A stretch of 64,000 nt of DNA from Brevibacillus sp. (GTDB lineage: Bacteria; Bacillota; Bacilli; Brevibacillales; Brevibacillaceae): NCBI GenBank assembly GCA_017656235.1, contig JACDOF010000016.1, positions 126-64,125 on the forward strand, read 5' to 3'. Below the pieces are notes generated by a model. That model was not told where the DNA came from. It saw nothing but the letters and a program-made list of their open reading frames with translations, and did not search any database. The position numbers were made by a program, and so were the translations under genes. How positions within the stretch are numbered: position 1 is the stretch's first letter; every line of letters begins with the position of its first letter. Of this stretch, positions 1-10,750 are shown one piece after another.

Positions 1-41
1 CTCAACTTACGCGGATCAGCTGGAGTTGGGTTTTTTTATTT
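1..41 (+). terminator. Probable intrinsic terminator of an upstream gene outside the window
   Basis: CTCAACT (1-7) pairs with AGTTGGG (24-30) including one G-U; followed by T7 and an AT-rich run. The stem may be cut by the window edge. Confidence 0.5.
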
Positions 42-210
42 TTCTCCGGAAAACTCTCAGCCAGGTGATGATAAAAATCTGGGAAAAGTATACAATAATG
101 ACATGTATAAACGCGGACGAACCCATGTGGGGTCGCCGCAAAACATAACAATCGATCATCGGCAATACGGGCAGCCAGTAAGGGAAGGACTGCGAAGGAG
201 AGCAACCGGA

Positions 211-1344
211 ATGAAAAAAATACTGATCTTTTCCGCCTCTATTGGCAACGGCCACAATCAAGCGGCAAAGGCGATGCAGGAGAGTTTAGCCGGAAAAGGG
301 TATTCGTCGATGATTATCGACACCCTTGAATACATCAGTCCGACTTTTCACAAGATCTTGCTGGAGAGCTACACCAATCTGTTGAAATTATCCCCAAAAA
401 CGTGGGGGAGAATCTACCACAATTCAGAGAGATCGAGATTCTTTGATATGAACGTGTTCATGAACAAGCTGCTGGCCAACAAACTGAAAAAGTTGATCAA
501 CAGCGTAGAGCCGGATGCGTTTATTGCGACCCACCCGTTTGCCAGCTGCATGCTTTCCGTGTTGAAAGGACGCAACGAGTGGACGATGCCGATCTATACC
601 GTGATTACTGATTACACCATCCACCCGTCCTGGATTAATCACCATATCAACTACTATTTTATTGCACACGAGCAGCTGCTGTATCTCGTCGATATCTACC
701 ACCAAGACAACAAAAAGTTTAAACCGTTCGGCATACCCATCATGAAAAAGTTTCGCGAACCGGTTAACGAAGAGGAGGTTTACAAGAAGCTGTCCCTCTC
801 CCCTAGCCGAAAAACATTGATCCTGTCGGGAGGCGGTTTGGGCTTGGGACCGATGGAGCAGGTCCTGCAAGGTTTGGAACAGATCGATCAGCCGCTGCAG
901 GTTCTTGTCCTGACTGGAGTAAATGAGAAATTGTACGCGAAGGTATCCAGCCGTACTTATCGCCATCACGTGATTCCGCTCAGGTATATCGATAATTTCC
1001 ATGAATGCCTGCACGTAGCCGATCTGATTGTCACCAAATCGGGCGGGCTGACAACGGCCGAGGTACTGAGCAAACAAGTACCGATGATTGTGTATAACCC
1101 GCTGCCTGGGCAAGAAGAACGCAACAGTCACTTCCTGTTGAACAACGGGTGCGCTGTCTATGCCCACGTCACGGAACAGCTTGTCTACTTTATTCAGGAA
1201 CTGCTGCACAATCCGACCAAAGTGGACTACATGAAGCGCATGGCACGCCTTGTTGCCAAACCGGATGCGGCGGAAAACATCTGCCGATTTATCATGGACG
1301 ATCTGAAGGATCGGGAAAAACAGCCAGCAGATATACAGAGGTGA
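211..1344 (+). CDS. UgtP/MGDG-synthase-like glycosyltransferase (GT28)
   Basis: Start moved from 103 to ATG 211 (RBS AAGGAG 195-200). N-terminal SASIGNGHNQAA, plus SGGGLG, DLIVTKSGGLTTAE and PLPGQEERN motifs of the family. Confidence 0.85.
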   Translation: MKKILIFSASIGNGHNQAAKAMQESLAGKGYSSMIIDTLEYISPTFHKILLESYTNLLKLSPKTWGRIYHNSERSRFFDMNVFMNKLLANKLKKLINSVEPDAFIATHPFASCMLSVLKGRNEWTMPIYTVITDYTIHPSWINHHINYYFIAHEQLLYLVDIYHQDNKKFKPFGIPIMKKFREPVNEEEVYKKLSLSPSRKTLILSGGGLGLGPMEQVLQGLEQIDQPLQVLVLTGVNEKLYAKVSSRTYRHHVIPLRYIDNFHECLHVADLIVTKSGGLTTAEVLSKQVPMIVYNPLPGQEERNSHFLLNNGCAVYAHVTEQLVYFIQELLHNPTKVDYMKRMARLVAKPDAAENICRFIMDDLKDREKQPADIQR

Positions 1345-1349
1345 GATTC

Positions 1350-2012
1350 ATGTCCATTACCCGGGCCATCTTGTTTGACATGGACGGCACCCTGCTGCAG
1401 ACGGAAAAATTGGCAGTGGCAGGATTTCATCGTACATTTGAGGACCTCAGACAGCAGGGCTTGTGGGACGGCCCGACACCGGATGACGAGACGCTGACCA
1501 ACGTCTTGGGAATGACCTTGGAACAGTTGTGGAACACCTTGCTTCCGGGGAAAAGCGAAGAGACGAAACGAATTGCTGATCAGTTGATGCTGGCCCACGA
1601 ACAGCACCTTGTCAGGGAAGGGATAACCGACCTCTATCCGGGTGTGCGGGAATTACTGCCGGAACTGCACGCGAAGGGAATCGCTCTTTTTGTTGCCAGC
1701 AACGGCTTGGAAGCTTACATCGACACCATCTGTGAGCACTTCGGCATCAAGCGGTATTTTACCGATCTATACTCGGCCGGCCGTTTCCAGACCAAATCAA
1801 AAAAAGATCTGGTTGCAAAATTGCTGCGGGATTACCCGATTCAACAAGCAGTTATGGTGGGCGATCGCCACTCTGATATGGAAGCAGGCAAGGAAAACGG
1901 CCTTTTCACCATTGGCTGTGACTTTGGTTTTGCCAGACCGGGAGAACTGGACCAGGCAGATGCTGTCATTCGCCACTTTCACGAACTGCCTGCCTACCTC
2001 CCTTTTCTCTGA
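1350..2012 (+). CDS. HAD-superfamily hydrolase (phosphatase/nucleotidase-like)
   Basis: ATG 1350, in frame with ORF 1149..2012, RBS GAGGTG. Motif I ILFDMDGTL, motif II VASNG, motif IV MVGDRHSD. Confidence 0.85.
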   Translation: MSITRAILFDMDGTLLQTEKLAVAGFHRTFEDLRQQGLWDGPTPDDETLTNVLGMTLEQLWNTLLPGKSEETKRIADQLMLAHEQHLVREGITDLYPGVRELLPELHAKGIALFVASNGLEAYIDTICEHFGIKRYFTDLYSAGRFQTKSKKDLVAKLLRDYPIQQAVMVGDRHSDMEAGKENGLFTIGCDFGFARPGELDQADAVIRHFHELPAYLPFL

Positions 2013-2297
2013 CCAATGAACCTCTAAAAGCGAGACAAAGGGTATCTTGATTATCCCCCGCTTCGGGTTTGCTCCGCTTGGATGGTTGGCAAAGTCGCTC
2101 GTGTGGAAAATGGCCGCTCTCCTGTCAACTCGCTTTTTAGGCGAACAGGAATACGGTGCTGGTTGAGTTTCAAAGCTCTCGCTTGGGACGAGTGCGGGCG
2201 TTTTTTCGCCAGCGAGCGGTTTGGCCAACCTGCCAGCGAAACGGCGCATCCGCAGGAAAATCGCAGCGGCAACAGCCAGCAAGATAAAACACAAAGC

Positions 2298-2340
2298 AAA
2301 CATCCCGTTTCACAGGAAAAGTGAAACGGGATGTTTTTTC
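2298..2340 (+). terminator. Strong intrinsic terminator
   Basis: Perfect 16-bp stem AAACATCCCGTTTCAC (2298-2313) / GTGAAACGGGATGTTT (2321-2336), 7-nt loop, T-tract. Confidence 0.85.
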
Positions 2341-2442
2341 ATTCCTGTTTGGGCTTGGATAATTTCGGGATCCCCCTATTGGGACAGCCCCTTTTTCGTT
2401 ATAAATGGTGTCTTTTGAGGCAAAATAGTAGGAGAATAGATA

Positions 2443-2471
2443 TTGTCAAAATGAAGCAAACCACTTATAAT
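2443..2471 (+). promoter_or_regulatory. SigA promoter of the ctsR operon
   Basis: TTGTCA (2443-2448) - 17 nt - TATAAT (2466-2471). Confidence 0.8.
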
Positions 2472-2474
2472 AAA

Positions 2475-2491
2475 AGTCAAAGATAGTCAAA
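2475..2491 (+). promoter_or_regulatory. CtsR operator
   Basis: AGTCAAA-GAT-AGTCAAA exactly matches the RGTCAAA-NAN-RGTCAAA consensus and overlaps the expected transcription start. Confidence 0.92.
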
Positions 2492-2587
2492 GTCAGATTG
2501 GGAAGCAGTTGCTGTCTGGATGGCTTACGTGCGGCGGTCAGCAGAATGTACAGTCATTTTGCCAAGTTTATCAGAGGAGGAGGCGCT

Positions 2588-3052
2588 TTGCGTAACATTT
2601 CGGACATTATTGAACAACATCTCAAACGAATCATGCAGGAGAGTCCCAACGGGGCAGTGGAGATTCAGCGCAGTGAGCTGGCTGAAATGTTTCAATGCGT
2701 GCCTTCACAAATCAATTACGTCATTAATACGCGGTTTACAATTGAGAAAGGATATATCGTGGAAAGCAAACGGGGTGGAGGAGGATATATCCGGATCCGA
2801 AAAGCGCAAATCAGCAACAAATCAAGATTACAGGAGTTGTTGACGGAAGAGTTGATTCGCAACAGTATTACACAGGCAGCGGCGTACGCGATCATTGACA
2901 GGCTCCTGGAAGAGGGAGTGGTGAACCAGCGAGAAGCCGCCCTGATGAAGACGGCAACATCCCGCACCGTACTTGCTCTGGAGACGCCGCTTCGGGACCG
3001 TCTGCGGGCCAGCATTCTGAAGCACATGATTGCCTCGATCTTGATCCGTTAG
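2588..3052 (+). CDS. ctsR: Class III heat-shock repressor CtsR
   Basis: TTG start at 2588 after GGAGGAGG. RNISDIIEQHLK, FQCVPSQINYVINTRF and the thermosensing ESKRGGGGYIRI loop. Confidence 0.96.
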   Translation: MRNISDIIEQHLKRIMQESPNGAVEIQRSELAEMFQCVPSQINYVINTRFTIEKGYIVESKRGGGGYIRIRKAQISNKSRLQELLTEELIRNSITQAAAYAIIDRLLEEGVVNQREAALMKTATSRTVLALETPLRDRLRASILKHMIASILIR

Positions 3053-3066
3053 GAGGGAGGGCCGAC

Positions 3067-3603
3067 ATGAATTGTGAAGAATGTGGAAAGAGACCGGCTA
3101 CACTGCATTTGACCAAAATCGTCAACGGAGAAAAAACGGAATATCATATATGTGAGCACTGCGCCCAGGAAAAAGGGGATGTGATCTCCGGCTTTCACAA
3201 CTTCAGTATCCATAACATACTCTCCGGGCTGCTCAACTTTGATCCGATGGCCAAGAACAGCTTCAGCAGTTCGCTGAACAGTCAGACGACGACCCACAAG
3301 CCGCTGCGGTGCGAGACGTGTGGTCTCACCTATGCCCAGTTTAGCAAAAGCGGCCGTTTCGGCTGCAGCGACTGTTACCGTTACTTCGGCGATCTTTTGG
3401 ACCCGTTGTTTCGGCGGATCCACGGCAACAACAATCACATCGGCAAAGTTCCGGAGCGGACCGGTGGACAACTCAAGATTCGCAAAGAGCTTGAACAGTT
3501 AAAAACCCAACTGAAACGGTATGTCGAGACGGAAGAGTTTGAGAAAGCGGCGGAAATCCGCGACCGCATTCGCGCTCTGGAAAAGAAGATCGACCAGGCG
3601 TAA
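3067..3603 (+). CDS. mcsA: McsA, activator of the arginine kinase
   Basis: Four CxxC motifs (CEEC, CEHC, CETC, CSDC) and a C-terminal UVR domain (EEFEKAAEIRDRIR); operon position. Confidence 0.95.
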   Translation: MNCEECGKRPATLHLTKIVNGEKTEYHICEHCAQEKGDVISGFHNFSIHNILSGLLNFDPMAKNSFSSSLNSQTTTHKPLRCETCGLTYAQFSKSGRFGCSDCYRYFGDLLDPLFRRIHGNNNHIGKVPERTGGQLKIRKELEQLKTQLKRYVETEEFEKAAEIRDRIRALEKKIDQA

Positions 3604-3627
3604 TCGCGAGGAGGTGAGGAGCGAACC

Positions 3628-4695
3628 ATGTCTGTTCAACAATTTATGCAAAACCCCTGGAGCAATTGGATGAAGGGAGAGGGGCCAGACGCTGACATCG
3701 TCATCAGCACCCGCATTCGCATAGCCCGAAATCTGCGTCATCATCCGTTTCCGCTGTTGGCGACCGATTCACAGGCTGAAGAAGTGGTACGACACGTGGC
3801 CAGCGTGGGTCAAACGGAAGAGATGCGCAAGGCCGGGCCCTTTGAATTGATCATGATGGATCAGTTGCAGCCATTGGAAAAAAGAGTATTAGTGGAAAAA
3901 CATCTGATCAGTCCCAACCTGGCCGAGGAGTCGCGCAAGGGAGGGGTCCTGCTGAGCAAAGACGAATCGATCAGCATCATGATCAACGAAGAGGATCACA
4001 TCCGGATACAGGTTTTGCTGCCTGGCTTTCAGCTCAAGGAAGCATGGGAGACGGGCAGTCGGATAGACGACATCTTTGAAAGATATGTTAACTATGCGTT
4101 TGATGAAAAACGGGGGTACCTTACCAGTTGTCCGACCAACGTGGGGACCGGAATTCGCGCATCGGTGATGCTTCATTTGCCGGCTTTGGTGATGACCCAG
4201 CAGATCAACCGGATTTTGCAGGCGATCAACCAGGTAGGGCTGGTCGTGCGAGGGATGTACGGTGAGGGAAGCGAAGCACTGGGCAACCTGTTCCAGCTTT
4301 CCAACCAGGTGACGCTGGGCATGTCGGAGAACGACATTCTGTCCAACCTGTACAGCGTAGCCAAACAGATCATCGAGCAAGAACGGGTGGCCAGACGTTA
4401 TCTGTTGGAAAACTCGCCTGTCGCTCTGGAAGACCGGATTTGCCGCTCCTACGGCATCCTGCTGCACGCCCGTACCGTCGAATCCAAAGAAGCCGCACAG
4501 CGCTTGTCTGACGTTCGCCTGGGAATTGACCTTGGCATCATCAAAAACGTATCTGCATTTGTGACGAACGAATTGCTGGTCTTGACACAGCCTGGATTCC
4601 TGCAGCGTCACGCCGGGCAAAAGTTGAGCCCGGAACAACGGGACGAACGAAGAGCACGGCTGATTCGCGAACGCCTTGCTGCCCAATCAGTATAA
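3628..4695 (+). CDS. mcsB: Protein arginine kinase McsB
   Basis: [18 protein letters not shown] and [12 protein letters not shown] motifs. Confidence 0.96.
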   Translation: MSVQQFMQNPWSNWMKGEGPDADIVISTRIRIARNLRHHPFPLLATDSQAEEVVRHVASVGQTEEMRKAGPFELIMMDQLQPLEKRVLVEKHLISPNLAEESRKGGVLLSKDESISIMINEEDHIRIQVLLPGFQLKEAWETGSRIDDIFERYVNYAFDEKRGYLTSCPTNVGTGIRASVMLHLPALVMTQQINRILQAINQVGLVVRGMYGEGSEALGNLFQLSNQVTLGMSENDILSNLYSVAKQIIEQERVARRYLLENSPVALEDRICRSYGILLHARTVESKEAAQRLSDVRLGIDLGIIKNVSAFVTNELLVLTQPGFLQRHAGQKLSPEQRDERRARLIRERLAAQSV

Positions 4696-4724
4696 GGAAA
4701 GTTTACACGGAGGTGTATGGAGAT

Positions 4725-7178
4725 ATGATGTTTGGTCGTTTTACGGAACGCGCACAAAAGGTTCTGGCTCTGGCACTGGAAGAAGCAGTTCGCCTGGGGC
4801 ACAAGGACATCGGCACGGAGCACGTCCTTTTGGGCTTGATCCGTGAAGGGGAAGGCATTGCCGCCAAAGCGCTGCAAGCGCTCGGACTCGGTCTGGACAA
4901 GATCCAGAATGAAGTGGAATCGCTGATTGGTCGCGGCACCGAACAGCCGGCAGCGGGTACCTATACGCCCAACTATACGCCGCGGGCCAAAAAGGTAATC
5001 GAGCTGTCGATGGACGAAGCGCGCAAGTTGGGTCATACGTACGTGGGGACAGAACACATCCTGCTCGGCTTGATCCGTGAAGGGGAAGGTATTGCGGCCC
5101 GCATCATGAACAATCTCGGCGTCAGCCTGAACAAAGCTCGCCAGCAAGTTCTGCAGCTTCTGGGCAGCTCGGAAATGATGTCCAATCACCAACCGAGCGG
5201 CAACAATCCTGCCGCCAACACGCCCACCCTTGACAGCCTGGCCCGGGACCTGACCGCAATCGCCCGCGAAGGTGGTCTGGATCCAGTGATTGGACGTCAA
5301 AAAGAGATTGAACGGGTAATTCAGGTGCTGAGCCGACGCACCAAGAACAATCCGGTACTGATCGGTGAGCCGGGGGTCGGTAAAACGGCCATTGCCGAAG
5401 GTCTGGCCCAAAAGATCGTCAATAATGAAATCCCCGAAACACTGCGTGACAAACGGGTCATGACCCTCGATATGGGAACCGTAGTGGCCGGTACGAAATA
5501 CCGCGGCGAGTTTGAGGATCGACTGAAGAAGATCATGGACGAGATTCGCCAGGCAGGAAATATCATCCTGTTCATTGACGAACTGCACACCCTGATCGGT
5601 GCGGGCGGAGCCGAGGGAGCGATTGATGCATCCAACATTCTGAAACCGGCGTTGGCGCGGGGAGAATTGCAATGCGTCGGTGCGACCACGCTGGACGAAT
5701 ACCGCAAGTACATCGAAAAAGACGCAGCGCTTGAGCGGCGTTTTCAGCCAATCAATGTCGATGAACCTACACCGGAAGATGCGATCAAGATCCTGCACGG
5801 TTTGCGCGACCGTTATGAAGCGCATCACCGCGTAAAGATTACCGACGAGGCCATTGAACAGGCAGTAAAGCTGTCTGACCGCTACATCACCGACCGCTAC
5901 CTGCCGGACAAAGCGATTGACCTGATTGACGAAGCTGCATCCAAGGTCCGCCTGCAATCGTTTACGGTGCCGCCGAACCTGAAAGAGCTGGAAGCCCGCC
6001 TGGAGGAAGTCCGCAAAGAAAAAGATGCGGCCGTCCAGTCGCAGGAGTTTGAAGAGGCGGCAGCGCTGCGTGACCAGGAACAAAAGCTGCGTGAAGAACT
6101 GGAGCAGACCAAAAAGGACTGGAAAGAACGGCAGGGCAAGCTAAACATGGAAGTAACGCCAGAGGATATTGCTCATGTCGTGGCCAACTGGACCGGCATC
6201 CCTGTGGTGAAACTGAAAGAAGAAGAAACAGAACGGCTGCTCAAAATGGAAGAGATTTTGCACAACCGGGTGATCGGCCAGGACGAAGCGGTCAAATCAA
6301 TCTCCCGTGCCGTTAGACGGGCTCGTGCCGGGTTAAAAGATCCGAAGCGTCCGATCGGTTCCTTTATCTTCCTTGGGCCGACCGGTGTGGGGAAAACAGA
6401 GTTGGCCCGCGCCATTGCCGAAGCGCTGTTCGGTGATGAAGATGCGATGATCCGCATCGACATGTCCGAGTACATGGAGAAACACTCCACCGCTCGCCTG
6501 GTTGGAGCTCCTCCGGGATACGTGGGATATGATGAAGGCGGCCAGTTGACGGAAAAAGTACGCCGCAAACCGTATTCCGTGATACTGCTCGATGAAATCG
6601 AGAAGGCCCACCCGGACGTGTTTAACATCTTGCTGCAGGTTCTTGACGACGGACGCCTCACCGACTCCAAGGGTCGTACGGTTGACTTCCGCAATACGGT
6701 GGTGATCATGACCTCCAACGTCGGGGCCAACCTGATCCGCAAGAACACCTCGCTGGGGTTCACCACCGGAGAGACGGAGAAGAAGTATCAGGACATGAAA
6801 GACAAAGTGATGGATGAATTAAAGCGTACGTTCCGGCCGGAGTTCCTCAACCGGATTGACGAAGTCATCGTCTTCCATTCCTTGGAGCAGGAGCACATCG
6901 AACAAATCGTCTCCTTGATGACGGAAGATCTGCGCAAGCGTCTCAAGGAACAGGATATCGACTTCCAACTGACCGACGCTGCGAAGAAATTCCTGGCCAA
7001 GGAAGGTTTCGATCCGGCATACGGAGCAAGACCATTGCGCCGTGCCATTCAGCGCAATATTGAAGACCGTTTGTCGGAAGAACTGCTGAAAGGTACGATT
7101 CACAAAGGTGATACGGTCAATATCGACGTGGAAGGAGACCAACTGGTGGTCAAACGGCTGGAACCCAGCAAGAGCTGA
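4725..7178 (+). CDS. clpC: ATP-dependent Clp protease ATPase ClpC
   Basis: [15 protein letters not shown]-terminus; two AAA+ Walker A motifs ([16 protein letters not shown]); middle UVR domain. Confidence 0.98.
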   Translation: MMFGRFTERAQKVLALALEEAVRLGHKDIGTEHVLLGLIREGEGIAAKALQALGLGLDKIQNEVESLIGRGTEQPAAGTYTPNYTPRAKKVIELSMDEARKLGHTYVGTEHILLGLIREGEGIAARIMNNLGVSLNKARQQVLQLLGSSEMMSNHQPSGNNPAANTPTLDSLARDLTAIAREGGLDPVIGRQKEIERVIQVLSRRTKNNPVLIGEPGVGKTAIAEGLAQKIVNNEIPETLRDKRVMTLDMGTVVAGTKYRGEFEDRLKKIMDEIRQAGNIILFIDELHTLIGAGGAEGAIDASNILKPALARGELQCVGATTLDEYRKYIEKDAALERRFQPINVDEPTPEDAIKILHGLRDRYEAHHRVKITDEAIEQAVKLSDRYITDRYLPDKAIDLIDEAASKVRLQSFTVPPNLKELEARLEEVRKEKDAAVQSQEFEEAAALRDQEQKLREELEQTKKDWKERQGKLNMEVTPEDIAHVVANWTGIPVVKLKEEETERLLKMEEILHNRVIGQDEAVKSISRAVRRARAGLKDPKRPIGSFIFLGPTGVGKTELARAIAEALFGDEDAMIRIDMSEYMEKHSTARLVGAPPGYVGYDEGGQLTEKVRRKPYSVILLDEIEKAHPDVFNILLQVLDDGRLTDSKGRTVDFRNTVVIMTSNVGANLIRKNTSLGFTTGETEKKYQDMKDKVMDELKRTFRPEFLNRIDEVIVFHSLEQEHIEQIVSLMTEDLRKRLKEQDIDFQLTDAAKKFLAKEGFDPAYGARPLRRAIQRNIEDRLSEELLKGTIHKGDTVNIDVEGDQLVVKRLEPSKS

Positions 7179-7190
7179 GGGCTTGTGCAC

Positions 7191-7220
7191 CCCCTGCCAA
7201 CAGGCAGGGGATCTCTTTTG
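7191..7220 (+). terminator. Hairpin/terminator between clpC and radA
   Basis: CCCCTGCC-AACA-GGCAGGGG followed by ATCTCTTTTG. Confidence 0.6.
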
Positions 7221-7300
7221 TGCACACGCCTGCAAGCAGGAAAAACTGCCCCCTTACCGAATGTATGTATGAATGAAACCAGATGCACGGGAGTATACGT

Positions 7301-8668
7301 ATGTCAAAGTATAAAACGAAATATGCGTGCCAAGAATGTGGCTATGAAACGCCGAAATGGTTGGGAAAATGTCCGGGCTGTGGCTCCTGGAATACAATGG
7401 TGGAAGAAGTCGTCGCCAAGACGGGGGCCGGCGGCAGGGAAAGACAGAGCCTGTCCAAACAGACTGCCCAGCCCATCACGGAGGTAAAAAGCGAGGACGA
7501 ACCTCGTCTGAATACGCGGATGAACGAGTTAAACCGCGTATTGGGCGGAGGACTTGTCCCCGGATCACTGATTCTGGTCGGCGGGGACCCTGGGATCGGA
7601 AAGTCCACGCTGCTCCTGCAGACGTCGTTTGCCTTGGCCGGACAGGGGTACAAGGTGTTGTACGTATCGGGTGAGGAATCAGCCAAGCAGATCAAGCTGC
7701 GAGCAGAGCGCCTGGGGTTGGAGACGCCGGAAATGTTTGTCGTTTCTGAAACAGATCTCACCCTGATCGAAGAACAAATCGAGCAGATAGAGCCGGCGGT
7801 GTTGATCGTCGATTCCATTCAGACCGTGTATCACCCGGCGATCACGTCGGCTGCCGGAAGCGTCGCCCAGGTGAGAGAGGCGACCGCTCACCTGATGCGG
7901 ATTGCCAAGGGCAAGGGAATCGCAACGTTTATCGTCGGCCACGTCACGAAAGAAGGAGCAATTGCCGGGCCGCGCATGTTGGAACATATGGTGGATGCGG
8001 TCCTGTACTTTGAAGGGGAGCGGCACAATACGTTTCGCATTTTGCGAGCTGTAAAAAATCGGTTTGGCTCGACAAACGAGATGGGTATTTTTGAAATGAA
8101 AGAAAAAGGATTGGAGGAAGTATCCAATCCATCCGAAATTTTTCTCGCAGAGCGGCCTGTCGGCGTTGCCGGTTCGACGGTTGTGGCCAGTATGGAGGGG
8201 ACAAGACCTGTCCTCGTGGAACTGCAAGCGCTGGTTTCGCCAACCAGCTTTGTTACACCGCGTCGGATGGCCACAGGAGTGGACCATCAGCGGGTCGCCA
8301 TGATTATGGCCGTGTTGGAAAAGCGTGTCGGTCTGATGCTGCAGAATCAGGACGCTTATGTCAATGTGGCAGGGGGCGTCAGGCTTGATGAACCGGCCGT
8401 TGACCTGGCGATAGCCGTAAGCATTGCCAGCAGCTTTCGCGAGCAGGCAACCCTTCCCCATGATGTCGTCATTGGTGAAGTGGGATTAACCGGTGAAGTG
8501 CGTGGTGTCTCACGGATTGAACAGCGCATCCGGGAAGCGCAAAAACTGGGATTCAAACGGGTGGTGATCCCGGAGAAAAACGTGCGTGGGTTGGACGTAC
8601 CTGTTGGCATCGAAGTGGTCGGCGTACGCAATATTGAAGAAGCTCTGCGGGAAGTGTTAAGGGGGTAA
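7301..8668 (+). CDS. radA: DNA repair protein RadA/Sms
   Basis: C4 zinc finger CQECG..CPGC, Walker [15 protein letters not shown] signature, Lon-like C-terminus. Confidence 0.97.
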   Translation: MSKYKTKYACQECGYETPKWLGKCPGCGSWNTMVEEVVAKTGAGGRERQSLSKQTAQPITEVKSEDEPRLNTRMNELNRVLGGGLVPGSLILVGGDPGIGKSTLLLQTSFALAGQGYKVLYVSGEESAKQIKLRAERLGLETPEMFVVSETDLTLIEEQIEQIEPAVLIVDSIQTVYHPAITSAAGSVAQVREATAHLMRIAKGKGIATFIVGHVTKEGAIAGPRMLEHMVDAVLYFEGERHNTFRILRAVKNRFGSTNEMGIFEMKEKGLEEVSNPSEIFLAERPVGVAGSTVVASMEGTRPVLVELQALVSPTSFVTPRRMATGVDHQRVAMIMAVLEKRVGLMLQNQDAYVNVAGGVRLDEPAVDLAIAVSIASSFREQATLPHDVVIGEVGLTGEVRGVSRIEQRIREAQKLGFKRVVIPEKNVRGLDVPVGIEVVGVRNIEEALREVLRG

Positions 8669-8671
8669 ACC

Positions 8672-9748
8672 ATGCAGGAGACGTTGGAGAAAGAGGCATC
8701 GGTAAGCGACGTACTGCGTTTTGTCGCTCCCGGTACATCCCTCAGGGAAGGGCTGGAAAATGTTTTGCGGGCGAAAACAGGCGCACTGATCGTTGTAGGC
8801 TTCAGTCCGGAAATGAGGTCAATCGTAGATGGGGGATTTTCCATCAATTGTGAGTTCACCCCTGCCAATCTGTATGAATTGGCCAAGATGGACGGGGCGA
8901 TCATATTAAGTGAAGATGCCAAACGCATACTGTTTGCCAACACGCAGCTTGCTCCTTCTTCGGCGATTCCATCCAGTGAAACGGGTACCCGCCACCGTAC
9001 TGCCGAGCGGACGGCCAAGCAGACAAACCACCTGGTAATCGCGATTTCACAACGGCGAAACGTGATAACGCTCTACCGGGGAAATTTTCGCTACGTGTTG
9101 AAAGATATTGGCGTCATCCTGACCAAGGCCAACCAGGCCATGCAGACCCTGGAGAAGTACAAATCGGTATTGGATCAGGCATTGACCAATCTGGGGGCAT
9201 TGGAGTTTGAAGAGTTGGTAACCGTGTATGAAATCGTTTCGGTCATGCAGCGGATCGAGATGGTTCTCAGGATCAAGGCGGAAATCATCATGTACATCAA
9301 CGAATTGGGAAACGAAGGCCGCCTGATCAGCATGCAGTTGGATGAACTGGTCGCCAACATTGAGGAAGAGGCTTGTCTGTTAATCCGCGATTACAGCCGC
9401 GATGAAGATGTTGATCCTGAAAGCGTGCTGACACAGATGAACAGCTTGTCATCCGAAGAGCTGCTGGAACTGGAACCATTTCTTGAACTGCTGGGATTTG
9501 CTGCTGGAACCAATCTGCATGAAGAGTCGGTATCTCCTCGCGGGTATCGCATTCTCCACAAAATCCCCCGACTGCCAAGTACGATAATCTCCAACCTGGT
9601 TGCCCACTTCCTCAATCTTCCCCGGATCATGATGGCGACGATAGAGGAACTGGATGAGGTGGACGGTATTGGCGAAGTGCGCGCTCGTGCAATCAAAGAG
9701 GGGTTGAAACGGATTCAAGAACAGGTGTTCATTGACAGGCATATATAA
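8672..9748 (+). CDS. disA: DNA integrity scanning diadenylate cyclase DisA
   Basis: DAC motifs MDGA and GTRHR; C-terminal HhH ([12 protein letters not shown]); follows radA. Confidence 0.96.
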   Translation: MQETLEKEASVSDVLRFVAPGTSLREGLENVLRAKTGALIVVGFSPEMRSIVDGGFSINCEFTPANLYELAKMDGAIILSEDAKRILFANTQLAPSSAIPSSETGTRHRTAERTAKQTNHLVIAISQRRNVITLYRGNFRYVLKDIGVILTKANQAMQTLEKYKSVLDQALTNLGALEFEELVTVYEIVSVMQRIEMVLRIKAEIIMYINELGNEGRLISMQLDELVANIEEEACLLIRDYSRDEDVDPESVLTQMNSLSSEELLELEPFLELLGFAAGTNLHEESVSPRGYRILHKIPRLPSTIISNLVAHFLNLPRIMMATIEELDEVDGIGEVRARAIKEGLKRIQEQVFIDRHI

Positions 9749-9855
9749 TGTACAATAGTATTAAGGCATTATGTTGGTTTTTTCGATGACTTGTTCGTCC
9801 AACATCCCTGGGAGTCGGGTTGCCGGCTCTCATCACTGATGCAGGAGGTACCCCT

Positions 9856-10584
9856 ATGTTCGTGAAAGCATTGCCGAACATGTTGACCATAGGCAATCTG
9901 TTTCTGGGGATTGTTGCCATCATTCTGGCGTTTCAAGGGGATGCCTACGTAGACTACGCTGCCATCACCGTCATTGTCGGCATGCTGCTGGACGGACTGG
10001 ACGGACGGGTGGCGCGGATGCTAAATGCGCAAAGCGAGTTTGGCAAGGAGCTGGATTCGCTCTCCGATGTGATTACCTTTGGCGTGGCACCGGCCTTTAT
10101 CATGTACGTGGTGGCGCTGCAGCAGTTGGATTTGCTGGGCATCCTGATTACTGCCATCTTTCCGATCTGTGGTGCCCTGCGTCTCGCCCGTTTCAACGTT
10201 CAGACAGGCGTTCCCGGTTACTTCGTCGGCCTGCCGATTACGGCCGCGGGAGGCGTGTTGGCGACACTGGCGCTGTACAACGAAGTGTTTTCGATTGGTC
10301 CGTTGGCGATTGGCATGCTGTTGCTGGCATTTTTGATGATTTCCCGCATAAAGTACCCCAACTTCAAAAAAGTGGGCATCCCGAAAGCAGCGTTCTGGAT
10401 CACGCCAATCATTGTCGCCGTGGTGGTTCTGTTTGCCGTCAGGTACCCCGAGCAGTTTCCGAAACTGGTCTTTTTGCCGCTTGCTCTGTACGCTCTCTAC
10501 GGAATAAAAAAAAACGTTGACTTTTTGCTGAAAAAAGGTAAGAAGAAAAACATAGGTGAAGAAAAGTCCGTACCGTTTGACTAA
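9856..10584 (+). CDS. pssA: CDP-diacylglycerol--serine O-phosphatidyltransferase
   Basis: ATG 9856 with RBS GGAGG. CDP-alcohol phosphotransferase motif DGLDGRVAR..SEFGKELDSLSD; RLARFN. Confidence 0.88.
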   Translation: MFVKALPNMLTIGNLFLGIVAIILAFQGDAYVDYAAITVIVGMLLDGLDGRVARMLNAQSEFGKELDSLSDVITFGVAPAFIMYVVALQQLDLLGILITAIFPICGALRLARFNVQTGVPGYFVGLPITAAGGVLATLALYNEVFSIGPLAIGMLLLAFLMISRIKYPNFKKVGIPKAAFWITPIIVAVVVLFAVRYPEQFPKLVFLPLALYALYGIKKNVDFLLKKGKKKNIGEEKSVPFD

Positions 10585-10656
10585 GGAGCAGGTACAATGC
10601 GACTTCGGGATGCCGAAGCCGACAGTCCAACCCCATTTGTGGCTGGCACAATGCTG

Positions 10657-10692
10657 AAACCCCGTTGAAAGAAAGTTTCAACGGGGTTTTTT
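10657..10692. terminator. Terminator between convergent pssA and the hypothetical gene
   Basis: 14-bp stem AAACCCCGTTGAAA / TTTCAACGGGGTTT, 5-nt loop, T-tract on + strand. Confidence 0.8.
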
Positions 10693-10750
10693 GCAACCTT
10701 CTGGCGATCTGCATCGTATATGTTGGTGAAGGGTTTTGCGGGAGGGCGGT

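Noticed and set aside
1797-2324. Small ORFs 1797..2303(-), 2051..2299(-) and 2082..2324(+)
   Set aside because: They start or end inside the terminator stem, lack good RBSs or overlap the HAD gene; the region is better explained by RNA structure.
2498-2587. N-terminal extensions in the ORF track (ctsR here; also rplJ, radA, ybxB, the globin, the HAD gene)
   Set aside because: Downstream starts have proper SD sequences and match the known N-termini.
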